Shown here piece after piece: positions 29,105 to 39,551 of a stretch of 59,397 nucleotides of DNA. Origin of the DNA: an uncultured Erysipelotrichaceae bacterium (GTDB lineage: Bacteria > Bacillota_I > Bacilli_A > Erysipelotrichales > Erysipelotrichaceae); assembly GCA_902795865.1 (NCBI GenBank), contig CADBMV010000064.1, positions 1 to 59,397 of the forward strand. The letters are read 5' to 3'. Each line of letters begins with the position of its first letter. Position 1 is the first letter of the stretch. Under the pieces are notes generated by a model. That model did no database searches and was not told the DNA's origin. It saw only the letters and a list, made by a program, of their open reading frames with translations. A program made the position numbers and the translations under genes.

Positions 29105-30562
29105 CTATTTAAATACTTCATATAAACAATAGTTCTCGTGTTCTATTGTATCAATGTCTTGATTTGAATAGACTAGTTTCATGTCGTCTCCAGTTAATTC
29201 TTGTTTACTCAAGTAATAGACATTTTTACCTTCAAAATACTTATGAGCAATCTCAACTATTTCACTGCCAACATGTTCATAATATGGTTGTCTCCACTTA
29301 TGATAAGTGAATTCGATCTCATTATTCATGTCATAGAAGAAAATATCATCTCTTTTTGATTCTACTATTGAATACACTAAAGGATTTCTATCGCTATATG
29401 GAAGAAGAATAACACTATTTTCTTCTATGTTATTGATTATATATTCACCCGTCATTTTTCCACATGAGTACACTCTATTAACATCATCAAACATGTTTGC
29501 TATGTTTGTAGGAATTGTAAGTGCACAATAAAGAATCACCATTATTTTAGATAATTGCTTTATCTTTAGGTTTTCTATGTATTGTAACAACCATGAACTA
29601 GAGATAAATACCATACATAAGATTGACGACATTTGATGATGGGAACCATGTACAAATGAAGTTATTAAATAATATCCTCCAAAACCACAAAAGCCCGCAA
29701 ACAACAAACCTAAGTAATTATTATAATTCTTATCTTTTAAACAAATTATTATTTGATAAATAAACAACGATATAAAAACAATAAATAGAATATATGAAAC
29801 AACAGCATTACTAATACCAAACGAACTTAAACCAATTCTTTCTATGCCACCAATTAATAATTGCCAGAAATTTGAAAATACTACTTTTGAATCAAAAGCT
29901 GAATATGGTTCATACGAACCAATAGGTATTAACTCTACAATTAAAAACAGCAAACTGAATAGTGGTAATAACAAGTATTTATTATATTCTTTCAATTTTT
30001 TATTAATTAATAATGAATAAACAAATTCTAAACTTAATCCTATCGCAAAGCCAGAGTATTTAATGTGTGTTTGAAACAATAATGACAACAACACAACATA
30101 CAATAAAGGTTTATCGTATCTCTTCTTATATGTTGTACATATTAGAATTAGAATCAATATAGGTAAGCAATATAGTCTAAATATTATTGGATTGAAGTAT
30201 AAAAAAGAAGTGCTCAATAACACAATGATATTTATTAATAAATGAAATGGCGAATATAAAACAAATAAGAATACACATAAACTCATTACTAATAAACTGA
30301 TATAGTTTACATAATAAAAAGACAATCCTAATTTCGCAAAAGGCATTATAAAGACGAACCATAAAAAAGGATGTCCTTCAGTTCTTAATAATTTAAATAT
30401 TTCTATAAGATTTAAATTTTTTGCGATTACCCAAGCTTGAGCTTCATCTCTCCAAGGTTCATGTTTACCCAAAACAAATAGATGTACTAAAAAATATATA
30501 GCTGTAATTATAATAGCTATATATTTTTGTTTCTTATCAGTTTTGAATAAACTTTTACTCAT
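29105..30562 (-). CDS. GT-C-like polytopic membrane protein with C-terminal soluble domain
   Basis: 485 aa. The acidic motif HEPWRDEAQAW follows TM1 directly. About 11 TM helices precede a ~130-aa C-terminal domain. It overlaps the upstream polyprenyl-P GT2 by 4 nt. Confidence 0.55.
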   Translation of the reverse strand: MSKSLFKTDKKQKYIAIIITAIYFLVHLFVLGKHEPWRDEAQAWVIAKNLNLIEIFKLLRTEGHPFLWFVFIMPFAKLGLSFYYVNYISLLVMSLCVFLFVLYSPFHLLINIIVLLSTSFLYFNPIIFRLYCLPILILILICTTYKKRYDKPLLYVVLLSLLFQTHIKYSGFAIGLSLEFVYSLLINKKLKEYNKYLLLPLFSLLFLIVELIPIGSYEPYSAFDSKVVFSNFWQLLIGGIERIGLSSFGISNAVVSYILFIVFISLFIYQIIICLKDKNYNNYLGLLFAGFCGFGGYYLITSFVHGSHHQMSSILCMVFISSSWLLQYIENLKIKQLSKIMVILYCALTIPTNIANMFDDVNRVYSCGKMTGEYIINNIEENSVILLPYSDRNPLVYSIVESKRDDIFFYDMNNEIEFTYHKWRQPYYEHVGSEIVEIAHKYFEGKNVYYLSKQELTGDDMKLVYSNQDIDTIEHENYCLYEVFK

Positions 30563-31494
30563 TTTATATTTGTTTCTTTAATTGTATATAAAGGTCTATC
30601 CTTAACTTCAGTAACTATTAACGAAATATATAATGACATAATTCCAAGCATTAATGATATTGCGCCTGTCGCAAGACCTGCAGGAATAAATGACATTAAA
30701 TATGATCCAACATTATTCTGATTAATTGAAACAATTAATCCTACTACAAATAAAATTAAGAATAATACAGTCATAAATATACCAAAGAACAATACAAATG
30801 TAAGTGGGAAAGATGAATAATTCATTATTCCACCTATTGCATACTTAATCATTCTTGCATATGGGAATTTAGTTTGACCTGCTACTCTTTCAACGTTTTC
30901 ATATTCAATCCATTTTTTATTAAATCCAACATCAACAATAATTCCCTTATTAAATAGTTTATGTTCTTTATCTTGCAATATTGCCTCAACTACTTGTCTA
31001 GTCATTAAAGCATATTCTCTTTGACCATTAACCATTTTTATAGTAGAAATCTTGGCAGTTAAACTATAAAAAGCATTTATACAAAATTGATGGAATTTAG
31101 AATAACCATGTCTAGACATCGCTTTAGCTTGAGCAATATCATAACCTTCGTTATTTAAAGCATTATACATATCAATTAATAACTCTGGTGGATCTTGTAG
31201 ATCAATATCCATCTGTGTAACATAATCTCCACTTGATAATTTAAAACCAGCCATAGCACAAGCTTCTCTACCAAAGTTTCTAGCCATAGATATGTATTTA
31301 ACTCTTTTATCTTTTGAAGCAAAATCTTTAATAATACTCAAAGAACTATCTTTAGAAGCATCATCAATAAAAATCAATTCAAAATCAGCATAGTCCATTT
31401 TTTCCATCAAATCTTTCATTGCTGAATAATATTGAGGTAAAACTACTTCTTCATTAAAACATTGAGCTATTATACTTATTCTCTTTTTAGGCAT
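30559..31494 (-). CDS. GT2 polyprenyl-phosphate glycosyltransferase (GtrB/ArnC/CsbB-like, two C-terminal TM helices)
   Basis: 311 aa with ISIIAQCFNEE, FIDDASKDSS, ARNFGREACAMAGFKLSSGDYVTQMDIDLQDPPELL, and two C-terminal TM helices. Confidence 0.85.
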   Translation of the reverse strand: MPKKRISIIAQCFNEEVVLPQYYSAMKDLMEKMDYADFELIFIDDASKDSSLSIIKDFASKDKRVKYISMARNFGREACAMAGFKLSSGDYVTQMDIDLQDPPELLIDMYNALNNEGYDIAQAKAMSRHGYSKFHQFCINAFYSLTAKISTIKMVNGQREYALMTRQVVEAILQDKEHKLFNKGIIVDVGFNKKWIEYENVERVAGQTKFPYARMIKYAIGGIMNYSSFPLTFVLFFGIFMTVLFLILFVVGLIVSINQNNVGSYLMSFIPAGLATGAISLMLGIMSLYISLIVTEVKDRPLYTIKETNIK

Positions 31495-31495
31495 A

Positions 31496-32086
31496 TTATT
31501 TCCTCAAGTGATCAATATTACACATTGTTTTATATAGAACAGACATCATTAAATGATCAAACACCATATGAATGTCTTCTGTTACTTGCATAGAATTAAC
31601 TGGTACATGTAAACAATAATCTGATAATTGTTTTAATTTGCCACCATCATATCCAGTTAAACCTACAATAGTATTGCCTTTTTCTTTAGCATATTCTACA
31701 GCTTTAATAACATTTTTAGAATTACCACTACCTGATAACGCCAATACTACATCACCATCTTTAAGATGTCCTTTTAATTGAAATATAAAAATATCTTCAT
31801 AACTAATATCATTAGCTATTGCCATCATAGTTGAAACATTATCATTTAAACAAATAAAGTTAAATTTCTTTTCTAAATGTTCAGATAAACCTTTATTAAA
31901 ATCATTAACCATATGTGAAGCAGTAGAAGCACTTCCACCATTACCAAATACATAAACAGTATTACCATTTTCTTGAGTATTGACTAATATATTTAAAACT
32001 TTACTTATTTCTTCTACATCAAGTAAATCTAAAACACTTTTTTCTAATTCTATATAATCTTTTACTGCTTGAGTATAATCAGTCAT
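31496..32086 (-). CDS. gmhA: Sedoheptulose-7-phosphate isomerase (SIS domain)
   Basis: 196 aa with VYVFGNGGSASTASHMVNDF and LSGSGNSKNV. It sits in an operon with a heptose kinase, phosphatase and nucleotidyltransferase. Confidence 0.88.
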   Translation of the reverse strand: MTDYTQAVKDYIELEKSVLDLLDVEEISKVLNILVNTQENGNTVYVFGNGGSASTASHMVNDFNKGLSEHLEKKFNFICLNDNVSTMMAIANDISYEDIFIFQLKGHLKDGDVVLALSGSGNSKNVIKAVEYAKEKGNTIVGLTGYDGGKLKQLSDYCLHVPVNSMQVTEDIHMVFDHLMMSVLYKTMCNIDHLRK

Positions 32087-33389
32087 TATTTTCTCCTGTT
32101 ATAAGCTTTACAGCTTCTAGTAAATTATCGCATATATAATCTGGTTTTGCATCATATTTATTATCACTACCAGCTACGCCAGTTTTAACTAATATTGTCT
32201 TAGTATTAGCGTTTTTTCCTGTTTGAATATCCACAGTTGAATCACCTATAAACCATGATTTATTTAAATCTATGTTATATTTATCAACACATCTTTCAAT
32301 TAATTCAATTCCTGGTTTTCTACAGTTACATTTAATCTTGTATAGTTTATTTTCTTCAGGATATCCTGAATCTGGATGATGTGGGCAAAACAATACATCA
32401 TCTAAATAGACTCCTTGTTTACCCAATAATGTTTCCATCTTATTATGTATATTTTCTACATCTTCTATTTCACACATCCCTCTAGCAACAACCGGTTGAT
32501 TTGTAATGACGATAGCTAAATAACCTGAATCATTAATTCTTTTTATTGCTTCAATTGCACTATCTTCAAGCTCAAATTGATCTGTGCTATATATTAAACC
32601 ATTTTCTTTATTAATAGTTCCATCTCTATCTAAAAAGATGGCTTTTTGTTTATTCTTTAAACATCTAGAAGCAATTAAACCATTACTTAATTCTTTTGTT
32701 GCTACTTCAATTCTTTCAATAGTTCCTACATCTTTAATATATTCACTAGACCTATATACATAAACATCATTATTGTCCTTAATAACTGCTGGTATTAAAT
32801 CTTTTTCTAAATCTGTTTTAGTATCCTTTAAAACATATTCACAAACTTTACTATTAACTATATAAAAACCTGCATTTACTAGATTCTTATAATAGTAATC
32901 TCTGATATTATTTTTAGAATCCATCTTTATTAATTTATTATTTCTATCAGTAATTAATAAATCAGAATCGAAAGGATGTGTATTAGGATGGCCAAATAAA
33001 GTTAATACAGAATTATTATCCTGATGATATTTATACATTCTATCAATATCAATATCAAATAATACATCACCAAACACTAATAAAAAATCTTCATTATTTA
33101 AATATTGTTTCAATAAATATAAAGAACCTGCAGAACCTAAAGGTTTATCTTCTTCAATATACTTAATATCTACATTAAATTCCTTACCATCTTTAAAATA
33201 TTCAATAATCTTTTCTTTTAAATGACCTACAACTAAAATAATCTCATTTATACCATTTTCTTTTAATCTTTCAATTTGCCATTCAAGAATTGGTTTGTCT
33301 AAAACTTCTACCATTGGTTTTGGTATTTCGTTGTTTGTTAAAGATAAAAGACGAGTGCCTTTTCCACCCGCCATTATTACTGCTTTCAT
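32079..33389 (-). CDS. Bifunctional heptose-1-phosphate nucleotidyltransferase (HddC-like) / D,D-heptose 1,7-bisphosphate phosphatase (GmhB-like)
   Basis: 436 aa. The N-terminus has MKAVIMAGGKGTRL. The C-terminus has HAD motif IFLDRDGTIN and the GmhB zinc motif CPHHPD..C.CRKPG. Confidence 0.85.
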   Translation of the reverse strand: MKAVIMAGGKGTRLLSLTNNEIPKPMVEVLDKPILEWQIERLKENGINEIILVVGHLKEKIIEYFKDGKEFNVDIKYIEEDKPLGSAGSLYLLKQYLNNEDFLLVFGDVLFDIDIDRMYKYHQDNNSVLTLFGHPNTHPFDSDLLITDRNNKLIKMDSKNNIRDYYYKNLVNAGFYIVNSKVCEYVLKDTKTDLEKDLIPAVIKDNNDVYVYRSSEYIKDVGTIERIEVATKELSNGLIASRCLKNKQKAIFLDRDGTINKENGLIYSTDQFELEDSAIEAIKRINDSGYLAIVITNQPVVARGMCEIEDVENIHNKMETLLGKQGVYLDDVLFCPHHPDSGYPEENKLYKIKCNCRKPGIELIERCVDKYNIDLNKSWFIGDSTVDIQTGKNANTKTILVKTGVAGSDNKYDAKPDYICDNLLEAVKLITGENND

Positions 33390-34321
33390 TAAATTACACT
33401 CTCTACAGTTTTTTCTACTGCCTCATCAGAAGACATACTCGCATGCCAACCCGCATTATGAATTTTACTTAAATCATATTCAAATGTAGGCACATCGCCT
33501 TTCCAGCCACCTATTCCACCTGTATATTCAAATGGTATATCTTTTAAATTCATTTTTTCACATACAATTTCAGCGATTCTAGTTACAGTTGATTTAGAAT
33601 CAACACCTGCATTATATAAAGTTACTCCTTTTTCTACATCTTTAAATTTCATAATCGCATCAACTAAATCATATACGTGAAGATATGGTTTTTCTTGTTT
33701 GCCATCACCTAATATTCTTAAATGGCTTGGATCTTCTTTTAATCTTTTCACAAAATCAAAAATTACTCCATGAGTAAGTCTAGGTCCTATTACATTAGGA
33801 AACCTAAATATTAATGTAGACATATCATTCATATATGTATAAGCATTTATTATCGCTTCTGAGCCAAGTTTTGCAGCGCCATAATAAGATATTGGTTTTA
33901 AATCAATTCCCTCTTCAGATAGCTTTATCCCTGTTTTATCACCATATACTGCACTAGTAGAAGAAAAGAATAATTTTTTCACATTATGTTTTCTCATACA
34001 TTCTAAAATGCAAGCAGTAGTTGAATAAGTATTCTTATATTCAATCATTGGATCGTTTGCGCTAGCTTGAATATCTGAGTTAGCAGCTAAATGAAATACA
34101 TACTCAATGTTTTCTTTTTCAAATACTTCATCTAATTTTTCTATATCAGTTAAATCTAATTCATAAAATTTAAAATTATCATTGTCTTTTAAATGTTCAA
34201 TATTAGCTTTAGTTCCAATAAAAAAATTATCAACACATACAACTTGATTATTATCTTTTAATAATGCATCTATTAAGTGTGAACCAATAAAGCCAGCTCC
34301 ACCCGCAACTAATACTTTCAT
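33389..34321 (-). CDS. NAD-dependent epimerase/dehydratase (extended SDR), probable GDP-heptose-modifying enzyme
   Basis: 310 aa with MKVLVAGGAGFIGSHL and YYGAAK (YxxxK). Confidence 0.82.
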   Translation of the reverse strand: MKVLVAGGAGFIGSHLIDALLKDNNQVVCVDNFFIGTKANIEHLKDNDNFKFYELDLTDIEKLDEVFEKENIEYVFHLAANSDIQASANDPMIEYKNTYSTTACILECMRKHNVKKLFFSSTSAVYGDKTGIKLSEEGIDLKPISYYGAAKLGSEAIINAYTYMNDMSTLIFRFPNVIGPRLTHGVIFDFVKRLKEDPSHLRILGDGKQEKPYLHVYDLVDAIMKFKDVEKGVTLYNAGVDSKSTVTRIAEIVCEKMNLKDIPFEYTGGIGGWKGDVPTFEYDLSKIHNAGWHASMSSDEAVEKTVESVI

Positions 34322-34322
34322 T

Positions 34323-35315
34323 TTAATCCCAATCCTTACTACCTACATAAATCACTTTAGTTCCACTATTCTCTAAATCAAAAGGAAGTTCTACTAAATC
34401 AGACATAGCTTTTCTTAATTGTTCTTGCTTATCTTGTTCACAATAGAATAGTAAGAAGCCTCCTCCACCTGCACCAAGTAATTTACCACCTAAAGCACCA
34501 GAATTAATGGCTTTATCATAATATTTATTAATAGTACTATTAGAGATACTAGAAGCTAACTCTTGTTTTAATATCCAGTTTTCATTTAAGATTTCACCAA
34601 AATTATGTAAATTACCATCAGTTAATGCTTGTTTCATATCATAAGCTAAACCAGTCATCTTTTTTAAGTTTTCAAACTTTGCATCTTCACTAATGATATT
34701 CTTGTTTTGTTCTTGAAGTATTTCTGAAGCAGAATGAGTTAAGCCAGTATAAAACAATAATAAATTGTTAGCTAATTGTTTTTTTACTTTTTCACTTATA
34801 ATTAATGGCTCAACATCAACTGATCCATCTGACATAAATCTAATAAACTTTAAACCACCAATAGCTGTACCATACTGATCTTGTTTACCAATTGGTTCAT
34901 TTAGTTTATTTATTTCTAAATCACAAGCTTCAGAAGCAATTCTTTCTTGTGAACAATATTTACCTTTATATGCATATAAAGCATGTATTAAACCTACTGT
35001 ATAAGCACTAGAAGTAGATAGTCCTGTACCTGAAGGAATATCTGCAGTAGAAACAATCTCTATACCACTTAAATTGTGATCTAATAATAATTGTCTAGCG
35101 ATAGGATGTTGGATATCTTTTACGTCCTTAGCTATCTCTGTTTTACTATATTTCACAATAGTATCTTCTCTATTAAAAGTAGGATGTATAGACACATACA
35201 TGTATTTATTAATAGTAGTAGAAACTACACAACCTTCATGTTTTTCATAAAAAGATGGTAAATCACTACCACCACCTGCAAAACTAATTCTAAAAGGCGT
35301 TCTTGTTATAATCAT
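34323..35315 (-). CDS. hddA: GHMP-family sugar kinase, probable D-glycero-alpha-D-manno-heptose 7-phosphate kinase
   Basis: 330 aa with MIITRTPFRISFAGGGSD, PSGTGLSTSSAY and GAGGGGFL. Confidence 0.82.
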   Translation of the reverse strand: MIITRTPFRISFAGGGSDLPSFYEKHEGCVVSTTINKYMYVSIHPTFNREDTIVKYSKTEIAKDVKDIQHPIARQLLLDHNLSGIEIVSTADIPSGTGLSTSSAYTVGLIHALYAYKGKYCSQERIASEACDLEINKLNEPIGKQDQYGTAIGGLKFIRFMSDGSVDVEPLIISEKVKKQLANNLLLFYTGLTHSASEILQEQNKNIISEDAKFENLKKMTGLAYDMKQALTDGNLHNFGEILNENWILKQELASSISNSTINKYYDKAINSGALGGKLLGAGGGGFLLFYCEQDKQEQLRKAMSDLVELPFDLENSGTKVIYVGSKDWD

Positions 35316-35358
35316 GTACCTTAATATTATACTAAATAATCATATATATTAGAAAATT

Positions 35359-36570
35359 TTAAGAATCTTGTAGAATCCAAATATCATAATAAGATATTAT
35401 GCTTAGTAAATAAATTGGGGAATAAATGAATAAATCAACCACAGATACATCTATAAAATATGCCAACACTGGTATAGAAAAAATCATACAAAATAGTAAC
35501 ATATATAAATAATAAATAGTTCTTTTATTCTCTTCCTTAATTAAATAAATAAATGGAATTAGCATATAGATTGCTGTATATCTATAACTATCTGGAACAC
35601 ATGCACTCATTAAACTAAACAACATTACTAAAGACGCAATGCTATTACTGCCTTTAAAAAATGAAATAATATTTATTAATGCATACAAACTTGTAGCAAC
35701 GGTAATAACGTTTATCAATACATTGCTACTAACATTAATTTTTAACGCATCACAAATGGCAAGTATCATAGGAGCGATAGATGTCCATCTAGGAATAACA
35801 CTATTCTTAATAGATAGTAATACATTTACATATTGTTTTATTCCATTAAAACCACCGGTAAATATAAACGGAATAAAGAAAAAAGCCATTCCATAGATAA
35901 TTAATCTTATAGCTTCTTTATATCTTTTTTCTTTAATATAAAATAAACCAACAATAGCTGGATAAACCTTAATAGCTGCACTAATCGCAATAAGAATCAT
36001 TGCAATTTCTTTAGCTATTTTATTCTCTGATTCTTTTAAATATAGTGCGAACAACAATAAACAATCAACAAGTATAATAACGTTTCCTCTATCAATTGCA
36101 CCAAATAAAAAAGGCAAGGATAATATCACTAAAGTTGAAAAAATATATATTATACTTGTCTCATATTTATCCTTAAGATGACACTCAATAGCCTTATATA
36201 ATAAAGCAATTTTTATAGACATCAGCGCAACATAAATAACGCTATTCATTCCATGTTGCTTAGCAATGATGAAAGAATTTAATTCAATTGGCGCTTGAAA
36301 GGGATCAATCAAATACAACAAATGATAAAATAAATAAGCAAACGGAGGAAAAGGAGCATCACCAGTGTTATAGTAAATATTATTTATATCCGATGCATAT
36401 ACTATTTGCCTATAATAGTCAGATTCTATCTGATTTCCAAAAGACATTAATCTAAGAATTTCGCCTTTACCAAGAATAGATGTTATTAAAAAAATAAGCA
36501 ACGAAAGTAAAGCTATGTATATGTACACATATGCAGGCTTAAAAAGCCTTATACTAAATATTCTTTTCAT
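35359..36570 (-). CDS. Polytopic membrane protein, possible GT87/DUF2029-like GT-C or polymerase
   Basis: 403 aa with about 11 TM helices. The loops IESDYYRQ and GDAPFPPFAYLFYHLL are reminiscent of the DUF2029 YPP region. This is a weak call. Confidence 0.45.
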   Translation of the reverse strand: MKRIFSIRLFKPAYVYIYIALLSLLIFLITSILGKGEILRLMSFGNQIESDYYRQIVYASDINNIYYNTGDAPFPPFAYLFYHLLYLIDPFQAPIELNSFIIAKQHGMNSVIYVALMSIKIALLYKAIECHLKDKYETSIIYIFSTLVILSLPFLFGAIDRGNVIILVDCLLLFALYLKESENKIAKEIAMILIAISAAIKVYPAIVGLFYIKEKRYKEAIRLIIYGMAFFFIPFIFTGGFNGIKQYVNVLLSIKNSVIPRWTSIAPMILAICDALKINVSSNVLINVITVATSLYALINIISFFKGSNSIASLVMLFSLMSACVPDSYRYTAIYMLIPFIYLIKEENKRTIYYLYMLLFCMIFSIPVLAYFIDVSVVDLFIYSPIYLLSIISYYDIWILQDS

Positions 36571-36620
36571 AACTTAACATGTATATTATATCTTCAAGTT
36601 TTTAATTTGTTTATTATTTT

Positions 36621-38186
36621 TTGATAGATTATAATTTTAATGTGAAATTATTGGATTTTTTTAGACTAAATTATAGTTATAAAGCTGCTAAATCAAGTTT
36701 AATTGCTGTCATGATTACAGGCTTTATTTCTTATTGTTTAATCATAGCTTATAGAGTTGCCGATCCAGATACAATTATTGAAGGTGTAACCCATTATATG
36801 AATGCCACATGGGCAATTGTGGGATGTGGAAGATGGTTTTTACCAATTATTAATATACTATCAGGTAATATTATAATGCCTGGATTTATAATAGCTTTCT
36901 ACTGTTTAATGATGTGGTTATCTGCATTTATGATATGCAAGCTATGGAAAATAGAAAACACACTATTAGTAGTGGTTATTTCTATGGTGATGTGTGTTAC
37001 TCCTGCAACAATTTCTCAACTTGTTGCAACATACATGGGTATGGCCTTTTCACTTGCTTGCTTATTATCAGTGCTATTTGTTTATTTCTGTTTTAAACAA
37101 AAAAGTGTAATTAACTGGTTTATCGCCATAACATGTATGATATTATCATTAGCTTTATATCAAAGCTATATCGGTTTAGCTGCGTGTTTAGTATTGATGA
37201 CTTTAGCTATAAACTTAATCATAAATAAAAATTACGATATATTGGCTGAAGCTTTAAAAGCAATAATTCTAGCAGCTATTAGTTCAATCTTATACTTTAT
37301 TAGTAATAAAGTTATTTTGCTTATTCTTGGTTTACAAAGCTCTTCTAGATTAGCTGAATTTTCTATTACAAAAATATTCACTAGTCTATTTACTAAACTA
37401 ATTGAAATGTATACAACATACTTTTTATATTTTGCTGATTTAACACTATTAAGAGCTATATTCTATTTGTTTATATTTGTATCTATTGTTATTAATACAA
37501 TATTCTTCTTATTAAACAAAAAGAAAAGTATCTCTAATAAAATATTCTTTGTTTTATGTATATTATTAGTACCTCTTGCATCTAATGTTGTAGGTATTAT
37601 TACGCCAGATAATCCTATCACTGTATTAATGACATATCAGAATATAATGATTGTACCTTTTGCACTTGCGTTAATGCATTGCATTACTAAAGAAGAAAGA
37701 ATAATAAATATTGAAAAGATTATCTTAGTAAGTATTTCTTTATTAATATGTTGGACACATGTAATTAGTGCAAACGCAACTTATCAAGCATATAAGTTAT
37801 CTCATGATTATGTATACAATCAATATAGTCAAGTAGTTTATGATGTACAACACTTTGAAGGATATCGCAAAGATAAAACACCAGTTTTAATTGCTGGTTT
37901 CTTTGATGATTCAACTTTAAGAAAGAATATTAAAACTTATAATTACGCAGTTGATTTATTTGAAGATTTAGTTTTCTGGAATACTTTAGGTGGAGCTACA
38001 TATAACAGACATAGATATGTTATGCAATATTTTGGATTAGACTTTATCGATTTTTCAATTGATGAATATAACAAGATTATTAATTCTCAAGAGTTTAAAG
38101 AAATGGGCTTATGGCCTAGTGAAAACAGTATGAGATTTATTAATGAATATCTTGTAGTAAAAATAAATAACAATATAGCAAAATAA
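36621..38186 (+). CDS. Polytopic membrane protein with C-terminal ectodomain (GtrII/GT-C-like)
   Basis: 521 aa from TTG 36621; the start is uncertain, with an alternative GTG at 36642. About 12 TM helices are followed by a ~130-aa C-terminal domain. Loops RVADPDTIIEG and GCGRWFLP. Confidence 0.45.
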   Translation: MIDYNFNVKLLDFFRLNYSYKAAKSSLIAVMITGFISYCLIIAYRVADPDTIIEGVTHYMNATWAIVGCGRWFLPIINILSGNIIMPGFIIAFYCLMMWLSAFMICKLWKIENTLLVVVISMVMCVTPATISQLVATYMGMAFSLACLLSVLFVYFCFKQKSVINWFIAITCMILSLALYQSYIGLAACLVLMTLAINLIINKNYDILAEALKAIILAAISSILYFISNKVILLILGLQSSSRLAEFSITKIFTSLFTKLIEMYTTYFLYFADLTLLRAIFYLFIFVSIVINTIFFLLNKKKSISNKIFFVLCILLVPLASNVVGIITPDNPITVLMTYQNIMIVPFALALMHCITKEERIINIEKIILVSISLLICWTHVISANATYQAYKLSHDYVYNQYSQVVYDVQHFEGYRKDKTPVLIAGFFDDSTLRKNIKTYNYAVDLFEDLVFWNTLGGATYNRHRYVMQYFGLDFIDFSIDEYNKIINSQEFKEMGLWPSENSMRFINEYLVVKINNNIAK

Positions 38187-38208
38187 CAGATCCATTTGGA
38201 TCTGTTAT
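38183..38208. terminator. Bidirectional intrinsic terminator between convergent genes
   Basis: Perfect 11-bp inverted repeat ATAACAGATCC-attt-GGATCTGTTAT. It overlaps both stop codons (38184-86 and 38205-07). It is flanked by an A-run on one side and a T-rich stretch on the other. Confidence 0.7.
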
Positions 38209-39542
38209 TCTTTAATATGTTGTATTACTATTTTTGTTTTTCCTCTTGTTGTTCTAGTTATTTCATTTACATAATCAAAACTTAAATCAACTTTGCCTTT
38301 TTCTTTAAAGAATGTTTTGATTTCATTTTCATCATCATCAGTATAGTCTTTTGTCTTAATCACACGTACTACAGCTTTGCCTTTTTCAAATTGTTCAAAT
38401 TGCCACTTATCAATCTTTCCTATGGCTTTCATATGGTGTTCACCTAAAAAAGCAGTAAAGTTAATTTTTGTATTATCTTCATTTACTAAATAATCATAAG
38501 ATCTTCCTAATACTTTATTAAGAATCATATATTTACCATCATAGCCACCAAATTCTGCCATATCACCAGTTCTATATCTTATAAATGGCATTATAAAGTT
38601 GTGTAAAGATGTAACTACGACCTCACCAGTCTCATTTTCCTTAACGTGATTACCATCTTCATCTAACACTTCAACATACCCATATAAAGGTTCTACTCTT
38701 AATTTATATGTATCATCATAACTATAAGCAAACACACATGTTTCTGTATGGCCATATTGGAAGAATAAATTATTTGTTTTAAATGCTTTTTTAATTCTAT
38801 CCCATTGATATTCATAACTTGTTTCTGATGTTAATTCTATTCCTTTAATCTTAAAATCTATATCAATATTGTTATCTAAGATGTATGTTGCTACATCATA
38901 TATGTAAGATGGGAAGCCTCTTATAAAATCAGGTTTTAAAGCTAATATATAATCAACATATACATTCATGTTTTCGTTTGTTAAATATAAGCTAGATAAA
39001 TGATATTGACCATGAGATGATTTATACTCAGGAATTTCTTTCCAATATATTCCCTTTTCAACATCTTGTTCATCTATTGCTGGACCCATCATAGACAAAA
39101 TCTTATCGCCGTCTTCATAACCATGTTTCTTCCAAACATTATATTGGAAAAAATCATCTAATCCATTAGCATTATAAAATTCTAGAGGTGAACCAGTAGA
39201 ACCACTAGTTCTTGCGATATTATAAATCATTTTATCTTTATCTTTAGATACAAAAGAATCAAAATTACTTTTAATCATATCTTTATCAATAAATGGATAT
39301 TGTTTAATATCTTCAATATTGTTTAATGTTTTAGAAACTTCTTGATAGTGTTTTACATGACTACAAGCATATCTAAGCATCTTCTTTAGCATCTTTTCTT
39401 GTATTTGTAGTTCATTGTCTTTTCCATAATTTCTATAGACATTAAGCATATCAAAAGCATGATTAAAACAATCTTTTAATTTTCCCTCTGAAACAAACTG
39501 TAATCCTCTTTTAATTACACTTACATAGTAATCTAATGCCAT
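38205..39542 (-). CDS. Adenylate-forming enzyme of the phenylacetate-CoA ligase / F390 synthetase family (often annotated CapK in capsule loci)
   Basis: 445 aa. The AMP-binding P-loop is TSGSTGSPLEFY and there is an IRYRTGDMAEF motif. Confidence 0.78.
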   Translation of the reverse strand: MALDYYVSVIKRGLQFVSEGKLKDCFNHAFDMLNVYRNYGKDNELQIQEKMLKKMLRYACSHVKHYQEVSKTLNNIEDIKQYPFIDKDMIKSNFDSFVSKDKDKMIYNIARTSGSTGSPLEFYNANGLDDFFQYNVWKKHGYEDGDKILSMMGPAIDEQDVEKGIYWKEIPEYKSSHGQYHLSSLYLTNENMNVYVDYILALKPDFIRGFPSYIYDVATYILDNNIDIDFKIKGIELTSETSYEYQWDRIKKAFKTNNLFFQYGHTETCVFAYSYDDTYKLRVEPLYGYVEVLDEDGNHVKENETGEVVVTSLHNFIMPFIRYRTGDMAEFGGYDGKYMILNKVLGRSYDYLVNEDNTKINFTAFLGEHHMKAIGKIDKWQFEQFEKGKAVVRVIKTKDYTDDDENEIKTFFKEKGKVDLSFDYVNEITRTTRGKTKIVIQHIKE

Positions 39543-39551
39543 TTAAACCTC

